A DNA stretch of 63,711 bases, filler included, from Chiloscyllium plagiosum (lineage: Eukaryota), in the NCBI RefSeq assembly GCF_004010195.1. It is 3 parts of one record of this genome, joined end to end, with 100 filler letters (N's around TTAATTAATTAA, not from the genome) between each part and the next. Parts side by side here need not be neighbours in the genome. Positions count along the whole stretch, not along the records: positions 27,865 to 58,441 come from NC_057713.1; 2 more parts are not named here. One strand, given 5' to 3'. Position 1 is the stretch's first letter. Each line of letters opens with the position of its first letter. The notes under the pieces were generated by a model. The model did no database searches. It was not told the origin of the DNA and saw only the letters and a list, made by a program, of their open reading frames with translations. A program made the translations under genes and the position numbers. Below are positions 38,262-52,045 of the stretch, in pieces.

Positions 38262-39059
38262 TGATTCCACTTGGAAGTTTGCTGCAATAAAAATGCCTTA
38301 TACCCTTATCACATGAGTTTTAAACTTCCTTCTGGGTCTTGTTCTCCCAAACTTTGTAACTTCCTCCAACCTGTAAATGTCTAAAAATCCCAAATTCCTC
38401 TAATTCTGATCTCTTAGGCACTCCCTATTTTAAATAGTGACCATTGGTAGCCATGTCTTTTGTTGCTAATTTCTGGAGTTCTTTCCCTAAAGCCTCTTTT
38501 TCTCTTTGATAGTTTGGAGTCTGGCATTCTTTTGTTGGTGCTGGTGAATGCAAAATGAAAAACTCCGTCAGCTCATTCTTCTTTTCAGTCTCTATTACTA
38601 GACAACAACTGTTGTTATACTTCCAGTCCCCTTTGAAAATCCCTCATGCTGCACACCCTTGGCCAATAAACAGCACGCTAACATAGTTGTACATGACAGC
38701 ATTGCATGGTGATACATTTCATTGCATTCGAGTAGAGGCCAAAATGACAACTAGAAATGGGTGCTTTTGGAGATTTGTGAGGTTTTTCCAGCAAATTATT
38801 GTTGTTGGACAAGCCACATGATAAGTAAACATATCGACAGGCATCTTTAACATTTCAGCTCGCTTCATGAACATAATACCCCATCCTGTTATTTTCCACA
38901 GTTGGGAATTTTTATTCGGAACTCCCCATCTCCGCTATTACTAACACCCAATTTTAAACAAAACTAACATTGCAAATTGAGCAGTTTGAGATGGCTAACT
39001 CCTGTTACTCATAGTTTCACTATATATTTATTCATACTGTATATACAGATAAGTGGCAT

Positions 39060-39275
39060 TGTTTCAAACAGGAAATGCTGAAGAAACTCCGAGAACTAGC
39101 AGCCTCCATGGAGGGAGAAACAGAGTTAACATTGAGTTCTTCATTTTGGAGGAAGAGTCGTGCTGGATTCAAAGACTAGTTTTGTTTCTCTCTCCACAGA
39201 TGCTGTCAGGCCTGCTGAATATCTCCAACATTTTCTGTGTTTGTTTCAGAAATCCAGCATATACAATTGCCTTTA
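39060..39275. mobile_element. Old palindromic PLE-derived element
   Basis: Decayed inverted arms AAATGCTG...GAGAAACAGAGTTAAC / TTTCTCTCTCCACAGATGCTG...AACATTT; hammerhead core eroded. Confidence 0.6.
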
Positions 39276-39287
39276 TATATAGAATTA

Positions 39288-39382
39288 TGTATAGAATCCC
39301 TACAGTGTGGAAACAGGCCCTTTGGCCCAACAAGTCCACACTGACCCTCCAATGAGTGTCCCATCCAGATCCATTCCCCCTG
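39288..39382 (-). mobile_element. HE1 SINE 3' fragment
   Basis: ACAGTGTGGAAACAGGCCCTTTGGCCCAACAAGTCCACAC. Confidence 0.8.
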
Positions 39383-39574
39383 AGTGTAAACCATGGTTGC
39401 ACTCCTTTTGCAGGTGATATCTGTTCATCGTTATGCTGTATCCTCCTCACTCGGTCTGAACATTCAAAGGAAACTTGCCTTCTCAGTTAGACTGTAAAAT
39501 TTTAATTCCCTTAGAGGCATTCATTACACATAGGCTTTATGCATATTTCAAGTTTCAAACTTTTTACTATCAAC

Positions 39575-39992
39575 CATGGCTCATTGGGTAGCATGCTCAC
39601 CTCTCAGGTTATGAGGGGGTTATGAGTTCAAGTCCCTTTCCAAGATTTCAAAACTCCATAATAACACTCTGGAGTGTCAGAATAATGTCAGGGTGCCCTG
39701 GTTTAAGATGAGACATTAAAGCAAGGCCTTATCTGCTGTCTTATGATTCTCTGGTACCATTTTCAAGAAGAGAATGGATTTTTTTCCAGGTGCGATGGCC
39801 AGTCTTTATCCTTCACTCAACATCATAGATTCCCTTGGTTATTATCACTTTGCTGTTGTGGGAGATTGCTGTGCATATATCAGTTGCCATGTTTCTCGCA
39901 TTACCATAGTGAATGCATTTCAAAAATGTTGCTCATTGGCTATCGAGTGCAGGAGGAGTTTGTGAAAGGTGCTGTAGAAATGTAAATCTTTT
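39575..39992 (+). mobile_element. SacSINE/Deu-type SINE
   Basis: Head TGGCTCA...GAGTTCAAGTCCC; tail GTGAAAGGTGCTGTAGAAATGTAAATCTTT. Confidence 0.7.
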
Positions 39993-40478
39993 TAAGTTTA
40001 ATGATGAAAGCATAGTTTAACCTAACTAAAGGATACCTGGTCACAAGAAGGTGTGTTATATTTTTGAAATGTTTCCCAGTGGAATTCCAGCTGGTTTCAA
40101 TATTTCAGTTGAGAAGCCTGAATTGATAAGCTCAAAAGCAAGTTTGAAAAAGTATGTGGTACAGGCATTCTCCAAGCTTCACCCCTGTTGTCATGAGGTT
40201 GATGTAAAACATGCACCAGGTCTGCATTTTGTTTTGTTAAGAATATATTCAGCAAGTTATTTGAAGACTAATGGCTGAAATTTGTTGCAAAAGAATGATG
40301 TTGGTGCTACTTGTGCTTGTTGTAATTCAAGTCTAAGTGAGGAAGCAATGTCCAGCATCAACAAAGACGTTGTCTAAGTTGATTAAACCGCAAAAACTTG
40401 GCTATGCTTATCTCATCAATAGACTCAGTGTTGAAATGCATGAAACACACCTGATAGTTCTCTTTCATATCCTTTTTT

Positions 40479-40768
40479 TTAGATTAGATTAGATTATTTA
40501 CAGTGTGGAAACAGGCCCTTCGGCCCAACAAGTCCACACCGTCCCGCCGAAGCGCAACCCACCCATACTCCTACATCTACCCCTTACCTAACACTACGGG
40601 CAATTTAGCATGGCCAATACACCTGATCTGCACATCTTTGGACTGTGGGAGGAAACCGGAGCACCCGGAGGAAACCCACGCAGACACTGGGAGAACGTGC
40701 AAACTCCACACAGTCAGTCGCCTGAGGCGGGAATTGAACCCGGGTCTCTGGCGCTGTGAGGCAGCAGT
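40479..40768 (-). mobile_element. HE1-type V-SINE, 5'-truncated
   Basis: B-box, V-domain and tail present; A-box missing. Confidence 0.9.
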
Positions 40769-43700
40769 AACTAAAATTTAAATGTTATGGCAAGTTTTAG
40801 TTATGTTTGAACAACCTCTTAAAAACTAACTCCTGTATACGCGTGGAGTCTCATTCTTTCAGGTTTTAATAATTCTTGGAGATTTTTTTAAAAACATTTT
40901 TATTCACTTTTGCTTCTGTCATCTTTTTCTCTCTATCCCATCTTTATTTGCCTGTCTACTTTCTGGACATGATTTGATATTAAATCATATGTTCAAACTT
41001 GCACATTGTGGTTCTGATTTTGTTCTGCTCAATAATGATTCTTCAATCTGATTGATCAGGGAAAGACAGTTCCTTGCCCTGTTCACACAGATTGTAGATC
41101 CTCTATAGGAGGGACTGTATCAATTGGCTATGTACACTGCAGTGTACACTCCCACAGAAGCCCTGTGAGATAGCATAAGAGCGATGAATGGTTGATGACG
41201 ATTATTCATGACAGCATGTAATATTTACCTAAATGCCAGATCTAACAATCAAAAGTGCCTAAACATTTTGTCAAGACATACGTAGAACATCAAGTAGCAG
41301 AATTAAGCAATTAAAAAACTTTAAGTCTTTTTAAACAAATATGTTGATGTTGAGTGTTAATATGAAAATAAATGGTTAAAACCATGTTGGTGATGTACAT
41401 GAACTTATTCAAACTTTAGAATTAATGTATGACCTCAACAGGTCAAATATGTTACAAGTATCAAGTCTCGGGTTGCCCAAAGTTATGTATTTTTTCTTTA
41501 ATTAAGTAAAAGAATGTTTAAGCAATGCTGATGTGCTGTCAGTAGATAGTGCAAATGTGCTTCTAAAGACATCTGTTGGTGGTAAATGGATACCATTCTG
41601 TACAACCCTCTCAATATAAGCTGTCCTAATATTTTGTTTTATGAAAGAACCAGCTCAGTTTGCACCCAGTATTAGGAGAACACTGTGGTGTCAGTAATCT
41701 GATTAGCTCTCAAGTCTCATGCATATTTGAGTCTAATCTAGAGAACCTAGATTTGTCAACACATGGTCACAATTACTTAGACTGAAGGTCTGTGGGGCTC
41801 CATTCATTAAAATCTCTCAACTATGTCATTCAATATGATTGATGTGGTAAAACATAACTGCAAAGAATTTTGTTTCAGTTTAAACAAAGATTCTGTGTTT
41901 CCAGAACAGGTTTTTGACGGTTGCGTTATTTTTCAAACGTGTCTCTCTATGAAATCCAGCACTGCAGCTGTCATCTGATAAGCCGTGATTTGCAGAGACA
42001 TCCACTTGACATGACCAGGAGGGATTATTAGTCCAGTTTCTCTGGCTTCTTTTAGAAAAGTATGGTAGACACTATTAATTGTGAAAACTTAACAATCCAG
42101 AGAAAACTTTCTCAATAACATCACTCTTAACGAAGTGGACAAATTCATGTTTCCATGTGTCAGAAACCTATGTTTACACAACCTTGAACATACGCATTAG
42201 AATTACTCTATAATTCCTTTGCCAAAATTGCAGGCGCATCCCACTCTGTTTTTCAGAAGTGCAGAATTATATCTGAGGTGGTTTCTTGGCTAGAGAGCCC
42301 GTGGTAAACCTTGCTGCACTGAAGCTAATTTAAGTATTGAAGTTGCTAATTATGAATATTGAATTTGTGCATATTGTTACTTTATACAGTTGTCAATCGG
42401 GGTAGAATTTAAAAAACTATACACCAGATTTTAGGTAAATTGACGTGCGTAATGACATTCTCAATTTACAAACATCTTGCAGCAACATTTATAGAACATA
42501 ACAAAAGTAATTTTCACTTTTACCATCCTGGTAAATGTCCATTCGGCGCATTGTAGTGATGTTTGTTTTGTGAGCTGTTAAGTATTTTCAAAACTTTTCA
42601 TACATTAAGTTATCTTTAAAAGTTATGTATTTCCATTTTAAAAATACTGTTTTTAATGAATAATCTCTCTTTGGTTGCATTTTTTCCCAAACAGCACTGA
42701 TTTTTTTGCATTAACTGACATTGAGTTGTCAGCTAAAGATAAATTTTGAATGGGCCACAATACATTTCAGTACTGTATTACAAATGAGTGCCAAAGGCAT
42801 TGGCAGTCTGAGAAAGAATTATCCACTTGCTTTCTTGGTGGCAGCTTCACTATGCCTATGGCAAACAGAGAATAAGGAATACTCTTGTCTATAGTCTACG
42901 CTCCCCATTTTCTGACTTATAGGGTTTTTTTTAAATAGAAATCCTTCAAACAAGAAGTAACACATAATAACAACTTGCATTTTTGCAATATCTATAACAT
43001 AGTTAAATATTTCGAGGTATCCCATGGGAGTGCTATGATAAGCATTTGATAATGAGCCAAATAAGGAAGTATTATTACATGTGACCAAAAGCTTATTTAA
43101 AGAGTATCTTAAAGTGGGAAAGACATGTAGAAAAATTTAGGCACCAAATTCCAGGGCTTGAGGTCTTGGCAACAAAACCTTCAATTAGGATGGTTGCAGA
43201 AACTCACTGCCCTTAATCCGATAATGTTTTAAGTTGTTGAACATAGATTACTTTGAATTTTTCAGCAGAAAAGCTGTTTGTTTCTAAATGACTGCTGTCA
43301 GAAAGTGTCAGGGCCAAAACTAAGCGGTTGGCAACTTGGAAGTGCATTTGTGTGTGCGTTAGGGTAAAATTTGTTTCAGGGCTGGTACAGATGGAAGAGG
43401 TTGGGAGATGTGTGCGATGAGGTATAAGAAGAAGTATTGGAAATGGCCTTATCAGTAGCCAAGATCATGTGAGTTGAGATCCATGTGAGACAATGAGACT
43501 GATGGGTATTTCTGCTAAACGGTCACAAATCTGAAATGTTAACTGTTTCTCGCACGGCACACTTTGCAACTAATATGCTGAGTTATTTCCAGTATTCCTT
43601 ATTTTTATTTCAGGTTTGCAGAATCCACAGTATTCTGGTTTTCAAAACTATATGGATACAGCTAAAAGTGTGTTTATGTAATGGGCAGGATTTTGGGAAA

Positions 43701-44479
43701 ACAGTGACATCTTTAATGTAGAGAGGGCAAGGGGAGTTGAAGTCCAGATTTTAATACGAATGGACTTAAAGAGGGAGGATATCTTTGTGAGAAATCGCTA
43801 GTGTGGCTGGCCAGGGTAGTGGAGAATAATGATTTTAAAGAAGCATTGGGATGGAGCTGTTTAAAGATGCACTGTTCAGTTGATGAATAATGTGCTCTGA
43901 GAATGAGGATTAATTGTAAGGCATTGAAACCTATAAGCCACGTATCACTCAAAGGTCTGATGTCAGTTGTTCATTTCAACTGACAAGGACCTTATCAACA
44001 TGTGAGCACATGTTCTAATGGGAAATTAGGAGAGTTGGTGAGTGTTCAGCTGCCAGCAGCATCTATGGAGGCTGCGATTAATACAATTAGTGAGACTGGA
44101 CGGTTGGCAATATCTTTCCATGATAGATAGCTGGGTAGAATAATTGGGGAATGTGGAGATTACTGCTCTTAAGGATGTAATGGCTGGACCCTCAGGTGCC
44201 CTTTGAAGAAAGTTGAGAGGGTCAAGAACATTATAGCATGCTTATCCATGGGGATTGTAACACCAGAATCAGAGAAGAGCACAGAGGATTAATAATGGCT
44301 TGGATTGTTTGATTAATGGTGGATGTCAGTTAACACAGGTAATTAAATAGCTTGTATGTGGTAGAATGATGCCAGCAATGTAGATTCAATTCCCTTCAGG
44401 GTTTGGTAATTCGCAGTGCTCTGTCTCTTTGTCAGTTGATGCAGTGTGATGTTTATACATAAAAAGATATGAGCATATG

Positions 44480-45310
44480 AGTAAAAGCATAATATTGTAC
44501 ATGCTGAAAATCTGAAATAAAAACAGAAAATGCAGAAGAATCTCAGCAGATCTGGCAGCATGTGTGGAGAGAGAAACCGTGTTAACATTTGGAATCTAGT
44601 ATGACATTTCTTCAGAATTTAAAGGGTCTTGGATATTTGTGGGTGTTGATAAGGGGCAGGAGGAGCGATTGGAACCAATGGTGAGTGAACGCAGAACAAA
44701 GGGCAAAAGCAGTGCTAATGGTAATAATGGAGCGATGAAGATGTAAAATAGGTGTAAAAGATAGATGTAAAAATGAGAAGGAAATGCTAACATTTCCAAC
44801 TTGAGCCAGCAGCTATGCTGCATTGAAGCTAGAGGAACAGTACCTCATTTTCTGCTGAAGCACATGACAGCTTTCAGGACTCAACATTGAGTTCAGTAAC
44901 TTCAAGAGATAACCTCTGTCCTCCATTTTGATTGCAACCTACTCATCCCCTATCTTGTTTGTGACCCATTGGCTTTTCTTTCACCAGAACAGGTCCATTT
45001 TCTCCTGTTCTCATGAAATCTTTCACCTTATCACTATTTTAAATGGGCGACCCATTTTTGTAAACAGTGACCCCCCCCCCCCCCACACCGCCTCTGAGTT
45101 CAACATTCTCTGATAAAATGAGACCCATCTTCTCCACACCTACTTTGTAAAGACTCTTCAAGATCTCATATGTTCCAAAGAAGAGCCACACAGGATTTGA
45201 AACATTAATTCAGTTTCACGTTCCATAGGTGCTGCCAGACTGACTGAGTTTCTCAAACATTCTCAGTTTGTTTCAGATTTCCAACATCTGCAGAGTTTTG
45301 CCTTTATTTC
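44480..45310. mobile_element. Old PLE insertion with inverted arms
   Basis: - arm 44480-44620 mirrors + arm 45170-45310; 44831-44904 translates EEQYLIFC*ST*QLSGLNIEFSNF (PLE ORF C-terminus). Confidence 0.7.
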
Positions 45311-47011
45311 AGAACAAAGAGACACGGTCTCAGGAAAAGGATGTCATCTATTTAGGATTGAAGTTCGGGTTCTGAATGTTTGGCATTCTCGACTCCAGCG
45401 TGCTGTAGATGCTTAGATATCAAGTATATCCTAGGCTGAAAGCAACAGATTTTAGAGTGATAAAGGATTGAAAGGATATGAGATAACACAAACTTGATGA
45501 ACTTATTGATGACCAGTAGGAAATTGGATCAGGACGATGCCTACTCCTGTTTTTTAAATGTGGGAAAAGAGGTTTTGAAGCCTTTGGTTTAACAAGTATA
45601 TCTTTTTTTATTATCCTTCTACATCTTTACCGTATTCCTTCAAATGCCTTTTTCTTCCCCAGAACTCAATAATTTACACAATGGGTCAGTCTTACTAGCA
45701 AACAGAAGGCAAAGGATGATGATATTATGGGCAGTTGTGTCAGTAATAGTGAGCACATTGTTTTATAACGCTGAGCCATTTTTGCAATTTTTTAACAAAC
45801 ATTAGGCATATCATTTTAGGAGCTGCTTTCTCCTCAATAACGCTTCCTACCAAGCCTGCAGCATGAGCGTGATTAATGTTTTGAACCTCACCATAACTGA
45901 CAAGAGTAAATGACATGAATTGAGTGTTGTGCATAGCCAGGAGACTTTCATCCATCAGCACCTGGCATGGTAAAACTGGTATTTTAGAAAAAAAACTTCC
46001 TGTGAATTGGCTTTTTGCTAAAGTATATTTTTAAGTTGAATTAATAGGTGGTATTTCAGACCTTGAAGCTTTAATGCTTCATGAAGCAGTTTTTGCCTTT
46101 GAAGATTAGGTGTTCGTGCTGTCTTGCCTGTTGAGCTCTGCATAAATATTAAGCGAATCCTGCATTCATTTATCCCTAATGTTAAATGTGCATGAAGCTA
46201 CTGAAACTTTGTTGTGAGAAATGTTAGTTTTTGCCCCGAGCACACACATTCTTACTGAAGAAGTTCTTCCCATCTGACACTACCCAATAATATATGGCAA
46301 GTCAAATCATAACTTGTGTCCGTAACTTTGAGTGTTCAGAAAAATATCCTTGCGTCCCATAAGCAACCTGAGTGTGCTATAAAAAGAGCGTTAAACTTTG
46401 TTTATTTAAATGTGAACTTAGGTTCTTGGACTTTCTTTCCAGTACGTTACTAGATGTTTTGTTAGTTTTGCGAGAAGATATGTTCAACTAGAAATACTGA
46501 TCTCCAGAGAAAAAAAATGAAAAAATATTTTTGTCTGTATTTTCTGGACTATAGGCACAATTATTATAAACACTAATTTACAGATGGACATCTTTTCATT
46601 GGTAGCGTGCACCAATCATACTGCATGATTATATTACATAGCAGTTTCATTCCTGAAGGTTGTGTAACAGGGCATCTTAATTCTATTGTACACCCCACAG
46701 AAAATGAAGCATGGACCAAATATAACCATGTTCTGTTTCAGTGGACTTAGAACAACCAGGATATTATCATTATTAAAAGAAACCAGCTCATTTTCTTCTA
46801 ACTCAAATTAAGATCTTTTAAATCTGTGAAGGGAAAAATAAATTTCCGTCATGAACAATTATGATAGTTTTGGTGTTCAATGGTTTAGGCATGTGATAAA
46901 ATGGGAATGCTAAATTAGGACCCAACTGAGCACTGTTGTAGAGGTACAAGACTTTTGTTTATTGTATATTGATGAAAGATGATATACTTTCCTGAAGCCT
47001 TACATCTTGTG

Positions 47012-47310
47012 CATAAGCCTCCAACCCGGCACCGCCCTCCTGACCTGTCTGTCACCTTTCCCATCTATCCGCTCCACTCTCCTCTTCGATGTATCACCTT
47101 GTCTCCTGTATCTTTATCTACCTATCACATTTCCACCCCCTCCTATTTATCTCTCATCACCGACCCCCCCCCGGCCCACAAGCCTCATTCCTGATGAGGG
47201 GCTTATGCCTGAAATGTCGATTCTCCTGCTCTGATGGTACCTGACCTGCTGTACTTTTCCAACACTACACTCTCGACTCTGACCTCCAGCATCTACAGTC
47301 CTCACTTTCT
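47012..47310 (+). mobile_element. PLE 3' UTR fragment (family B) with hammerhead at 47187-47222
   Basis: Pyrimidine-rich UTR, ATTC CTGATGA G GGGC TTAT GCCT GAAA T GTC GATT, then the family B tail. Confidence 0.8.
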
Positions 47311-47704
47311 CATAGTTATAAAGAATACCATTGATACTGCGTGAGAACAACATGCTGATTGATTGGTTGGTTGGCTGACCAGCAAATTCTGGTAGAGGCA
47401 TTACCATGAAGAGTGCACCCAATCATGTGCCAGAATTTGTTTGTTAAACTAGGTAGCTTGATTCTGAGTCAGGGCATTGCCCTGAGAACTGAAACAGCAA
47501 ATTGCTTTCACCTGTTTTGTTGAGTTGAAATAGGCATAGTGGATATGCATGCACTTTTTGTCTGCAAAGATGAGCACCCTGGGTATTAATGCTATATTCT
47601 CCTTGGTAACGCCTCTACCAATCAAAGTATGGCCATGGGAGAAAGAAGCTCTTTTCCCAGTTGGTGGCAACAAGAGGCCATCCCAACTGACACAGGCTGC
47701 CTAA

Positions 47705-50500
47705 ATAAGAACTAGGAGCAGGAGTAGGCCATCTGGCCCTTCAAGCCTGCTCCACCATTCGATAAGATCATGGCTGATCTTTTCATGGCCTCAGCTCCAC
47801 TTACCCACGCTCTCGCCATATCACTTAATTCCTTTGATGTTCAAAAAAAATCTATCTTATCTTTAAAACACTTAATGAAGTAGCATCAACTACTTCACTG
47901 GGCAGGGAATTCCATAAATTATCAACCCTCTGGGTTAAGAAGTTCCTTCTCAATTTAGTCCTAAATCTGCTCCCTCTAATCTTGAGGCTATGCCCTCTTG
48001 TCCTAGTTTCACCTGCCAGTGGAAACATCATCTCTACTTCTATCTTATCTATTCCCTTCATAATTTTACATGTTTCTATAAGATTCCCCCTCATTCTTCT
48101 GAATTCCAATGAATATAATCCCAGTCTACTCCATCTCTCCTCATAAGCCAACCCCTTCAACTCCAGAATCAATCCAGTGAACCTCCTCTGCATCCCCTTA
48201 AGTCCCAGTACATCCTTTTTCAAGAAAGGAGACCAAAACTACACGCATTAATCCAGGTGTGGCCTCACCAGCATCCTGTACAGCTGTAACATAAACTCCC
48301 TCCTTTTAAGTTCAATCCCTTTAGCAATGAAGGACAAAATTCCATTTGCTTTCCGAATTACCTGTTGTACCTGCAGACCAACCATCTGTGGTTTTATGTA
48401 CAAGGACATCCAGGTCACTCTGCATAGCAGCATGCTGCAACTTTTTACCATTCATGTAATAATCCTTTTTACTGTTACTCCTACCAAAATGGATGACTTC
48501 ACATTTATTAACATTGTATTCCATTTGCCAGACCTTTGCCCTCTGACTCAAAGTATCTATATTTCTCAGCAAATTTTCACAGTCCTGCGCACACTTTGCT
48601 CTGCCACCCATCTGAGTGTCATTTGACATACTACATGTGGTTCCCAACTCCAAATCATCTGTATAAATTGTGAATAATTGTGGTCGCAACACTGATCCCT
48701 GAGGCATACCACTATTCACCGATTGCCAACTAGAATAGCACTCATTTATCCCCACTCTTTGCTTCCTGTTAGTCAACCAATCCTCTATCCATGCTAATAC
48801 TTTACCTGTAATGCCATGCATCTTTATCTTATGCAGCAGCCTCTTGTGCAGCACCTTGTCGACCGCCTTTAGGAAATCTAGGTACACCACATCCACTGGG
48901 TCCCCGTTGTCCACCTTGCTTATAATGTTTTTATAGAATTCCAAAAGATTTGTTAAGCATGCTGCGTCTTCCCAACTGGACAATTTCTATCTAGATGCCT
49001 TGCTGTTCTTCCTTGATAATAGACTCTAGCATCTTCCCCACTACAGAGGTTAAGCTAACCAGTCTATAATTCCCCATCTTTTGTCTACCTCCCTTTTTAA
49101 GCAGTAATGTCACATTTGCTATTTTTCAGTCTGCTGCGACTACCCCAGAGTCTAGCCAATTTTGGAAAATTACCATTAGTGCACTTGCCATTTCTACCAC
49201 CCTCTTTTTGAATACCCTGGGATGGATTCCATCAGGGTCAGGAGACTTGTCTATCCTTAGCTCCATTAGCTTGCCCAACACTACCTTTGTCATGATAATG
49301 ATTTGTTTCCAGGTCCTCACCTACCTTCGTCTCTTTGTCAATTACTCACATGTTATTAGTGTCCTCCACTGTGAAGACTGATGCAAAATACCTGTTCAGT
49401 GCCTTGGCCATTTAATCATATTCCATAACTAAATACTCCATTTCATCATATTCCATAACTAAATACCCCTTTTCATCCTCTAAAGGGCCAATGTTTACTT
49501 TAGCAAGTCTTTTTTATTTTATATATTGATAGAAACGTTTGCTATCTATTTTTATAGTCTGTGCTAGTTTTTTTTCTCATGTTCTACCTTACTTTTCCTT
49601 ATAGCTCTTTTTGTGGCTCTCTGTGGACCTTTAAAGTTTTCCCAGTCTTCTAGTTTTGTGCTGTTTTTGGCCACTTTGTATGCCTTCTCTTTCAATTTGG
49701 TAGCCTCCTTTATTTCCTTTGACACCCATGGCAGATTACCCCTTCCTTTTCACTGGAATATACTTGTGCTGAACACTTTCAAAGCAATTTTTCAAAGTCC
49801 TTCACTGCTCGTCAACAGTCCCACAATTAAAGCTTTGTTTCCAGTCTACTTTAGCCAAGTCCTCCCTCATTCTATTGTAGTCTCCCTTGTTTAAGCACAG
49901 GACACTGATTTTGGATTTTATCTTCAGACTCTCCATCTGTATTCTAAATTCAGCCATACTGTGATCGCTCCTTCCAAGAGGATCACTAACTATGAGGTTA
50001 TTAATTATTCCTGTCTCACTGCACAGGACCAGATCTAGGATGGCTTGCTGAGTCAGTTCCATTTTATACTGTTTAAGAAATCTATCGTGGATACACTCAA
50101 CGAACCCTCCTCAAGGCTACCCTGACCGAGTTGGTTTGATCAATTGACATGTAGATTAAAATCCGCCATGATAATTGCCATACCATTTTTACAGGCATTA
50201 GTTATTTCTTTGTTTACTGCCCGCCCCAAAGTGATGTTATTATTTGGTGGCCTATAGAATACGCCTGTCAGTGATTCTTAGAATTTCTATTTTCCACCCA
50301 AATAGATTCAACCTTATTCTCCATAGAATCATCTCTCAGCATCGTCCTGATGTCGCCCTTGAATATCAGAGCTACACCACCTCCCTTACCTTCCTGCCTG
50401 TCCTCCGAATAGTCTGATATCCCTGGATATTTAACTCCCAGTCATGACCATCCTCTAACCATGTCTCCGTGATGAGTTCTAAATCATATTCATATAAATA
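47705..50500 (-). mobile_element. CR1 LINE, most of ORF2 (APE endonuclease + RT), disrupted
   Basis: ITETWL...WELNIQGY, ILDLVLC, LGRSDH (APE); VYLDF.KA.DKV, GMPQGSVL.P.LF.IY.DDL (RT); 3' end GGAGCAGGAGTAGGCC. Confidence 0.95.
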
Positions 50501-51414
50501 GAGGTAACTGTGAAGGTCAGAAGCAGCAGGCAGCTTAGAACCTGGTTCCAAAGCCCCACAAATGAATGATAACTGCCCTCCACCAGGTTGCCTCTGTCTG
50601 CTCAATCTTCAAGCTTCTACGATGGAGAGTTAGAATTCTAAGGTTGTGCTTTCGAGGACTGTCACACAGGAGGCTGGATGCCAAGCATTTCTACCAGATG
50701 CCTCTTGTAGAATCGATGTATTGTCATTTCCTCGTAGCTGCCTATGTAGCACCTCTGGCACCATAGTCTCTTCACATCTCCCAGGGTTCACACCTAAATC
50801 ATAAAAGAACACACAGCACTCTGGAAGTGAACTAACACACCATCAGCTCAGTGACCATTCATCTCTTTTGATGCACATCTGATAGTTTTTCACCAAAGGC
50901 TTGCATAGGTCTAGGACACAGCCACAGAAATGGCCTTTCAGCCCCACTTGCCTGCCCCAGTCCAATTTGCTGGTGTGTGTCAGCCAATGTTGCTGCCTCC
51001 TTTGCGCTGCCATGTTTGCTCAGTTTCGCCCCAAAGCATTCAACAACAAACCTAAACACTGATAGCTTAAACTTTTCATGAGCTGATTTACATTGGGGAG
51101 CCTTCATTACAAACACTAAACATCTGCCAAAAGCCATGGTTTGGTTATGAAAGAGCTAACTAACTGAAGAAATGTGTACTTTTTCTTTGAGGAAAAGATT
51201 TACCCTGGCAAGTGCTTGCCTTCTTTTGTCGGATTGTAAACAAGTTTCCCATTTGTAGCTAACAAGATTGCATCTTGTACATAATTCCAGTAGGCTGAGG
51301 TGTTACTGAGTATTCATGACCTGCTAATAAATTTAAAATCTGTTTCCGCCCATGGAGTTCAGGAAGGCTGACCTGCCTGAAGAAGACTGAGAAAGAAGTG
51401 AATGTACTGTTGCC

Positions 51415-52045
51415 AGATTTTCAGATGATGTGAAACTAAGTAGAAAGGTAGGTTGTGAGAGGGATACAAAGAGCTTACAGAAAGAGATTGGTAAATTACC
51501 TAAGGGGCTATAAAGGTTGGTGAATGGGGTACCGTGAGCAATTTTGGTCCCCTTACTTAAAGATCTTTGATATCAGTTCAGAGAAAGTTCACCAGGATGA
51601 TCTTTGATATGGAGGGATTGTCTTATGAGCAAAAGCTAAACGTCTTAAGGTTCTACTGACTGGAGTTCAGAAGAATGAGTGGTGATCTAATTAAAGCATA
51701 TAAAGATTCTTAAGGGGCTTGACAGGATAAATGCTGAGATGTTTCCCCTTGAGGAAGAGTGTAGAATCAGAGGGCACTGTGTTAGAATAAAGGGGTGCCA
51801 ATTTTAAGTCTGGGATGAAAGGAATTTCTTCTGAGGGTTGAGAATCTTTGGATCTCCTTGCTACAGAGAGCTGTGAGGGCAGAACCTTGAGTATATTTAA
51901 GACTGAGATAGATAGATTCTTGATCAATCGGGCAATCAACTGAGATGGAAAAAATTGCAGGAAAGTGGACGAGAGGAATGTCAGATCAACCATGATCCTA
52001 TTGAATGGAGCATGCTTGAAGGGCAAAAGGACCCTCTGCAGTTCC
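51415..52045 (+). mobile_element. Old CR1 3' fragment
   Basis: FSDDVKL..., VQRKFTRMI, LEFRRMSGDL-like fragments. Confidence 0.75.

Noticed and set aside
48321..48983. 220 aa RT ORF as an active or domesticated gene (also 53971-54528)
   Set aside because: Fragments of CR1 ORF2 with frameshifts and deletions; the FADD motif is lost in the 48321 copy.
49414..49470. Short direct repeat ATCATATTCCATAACTAAATAC
   Set aside because: Small slippage duplication inside a dead CR1.
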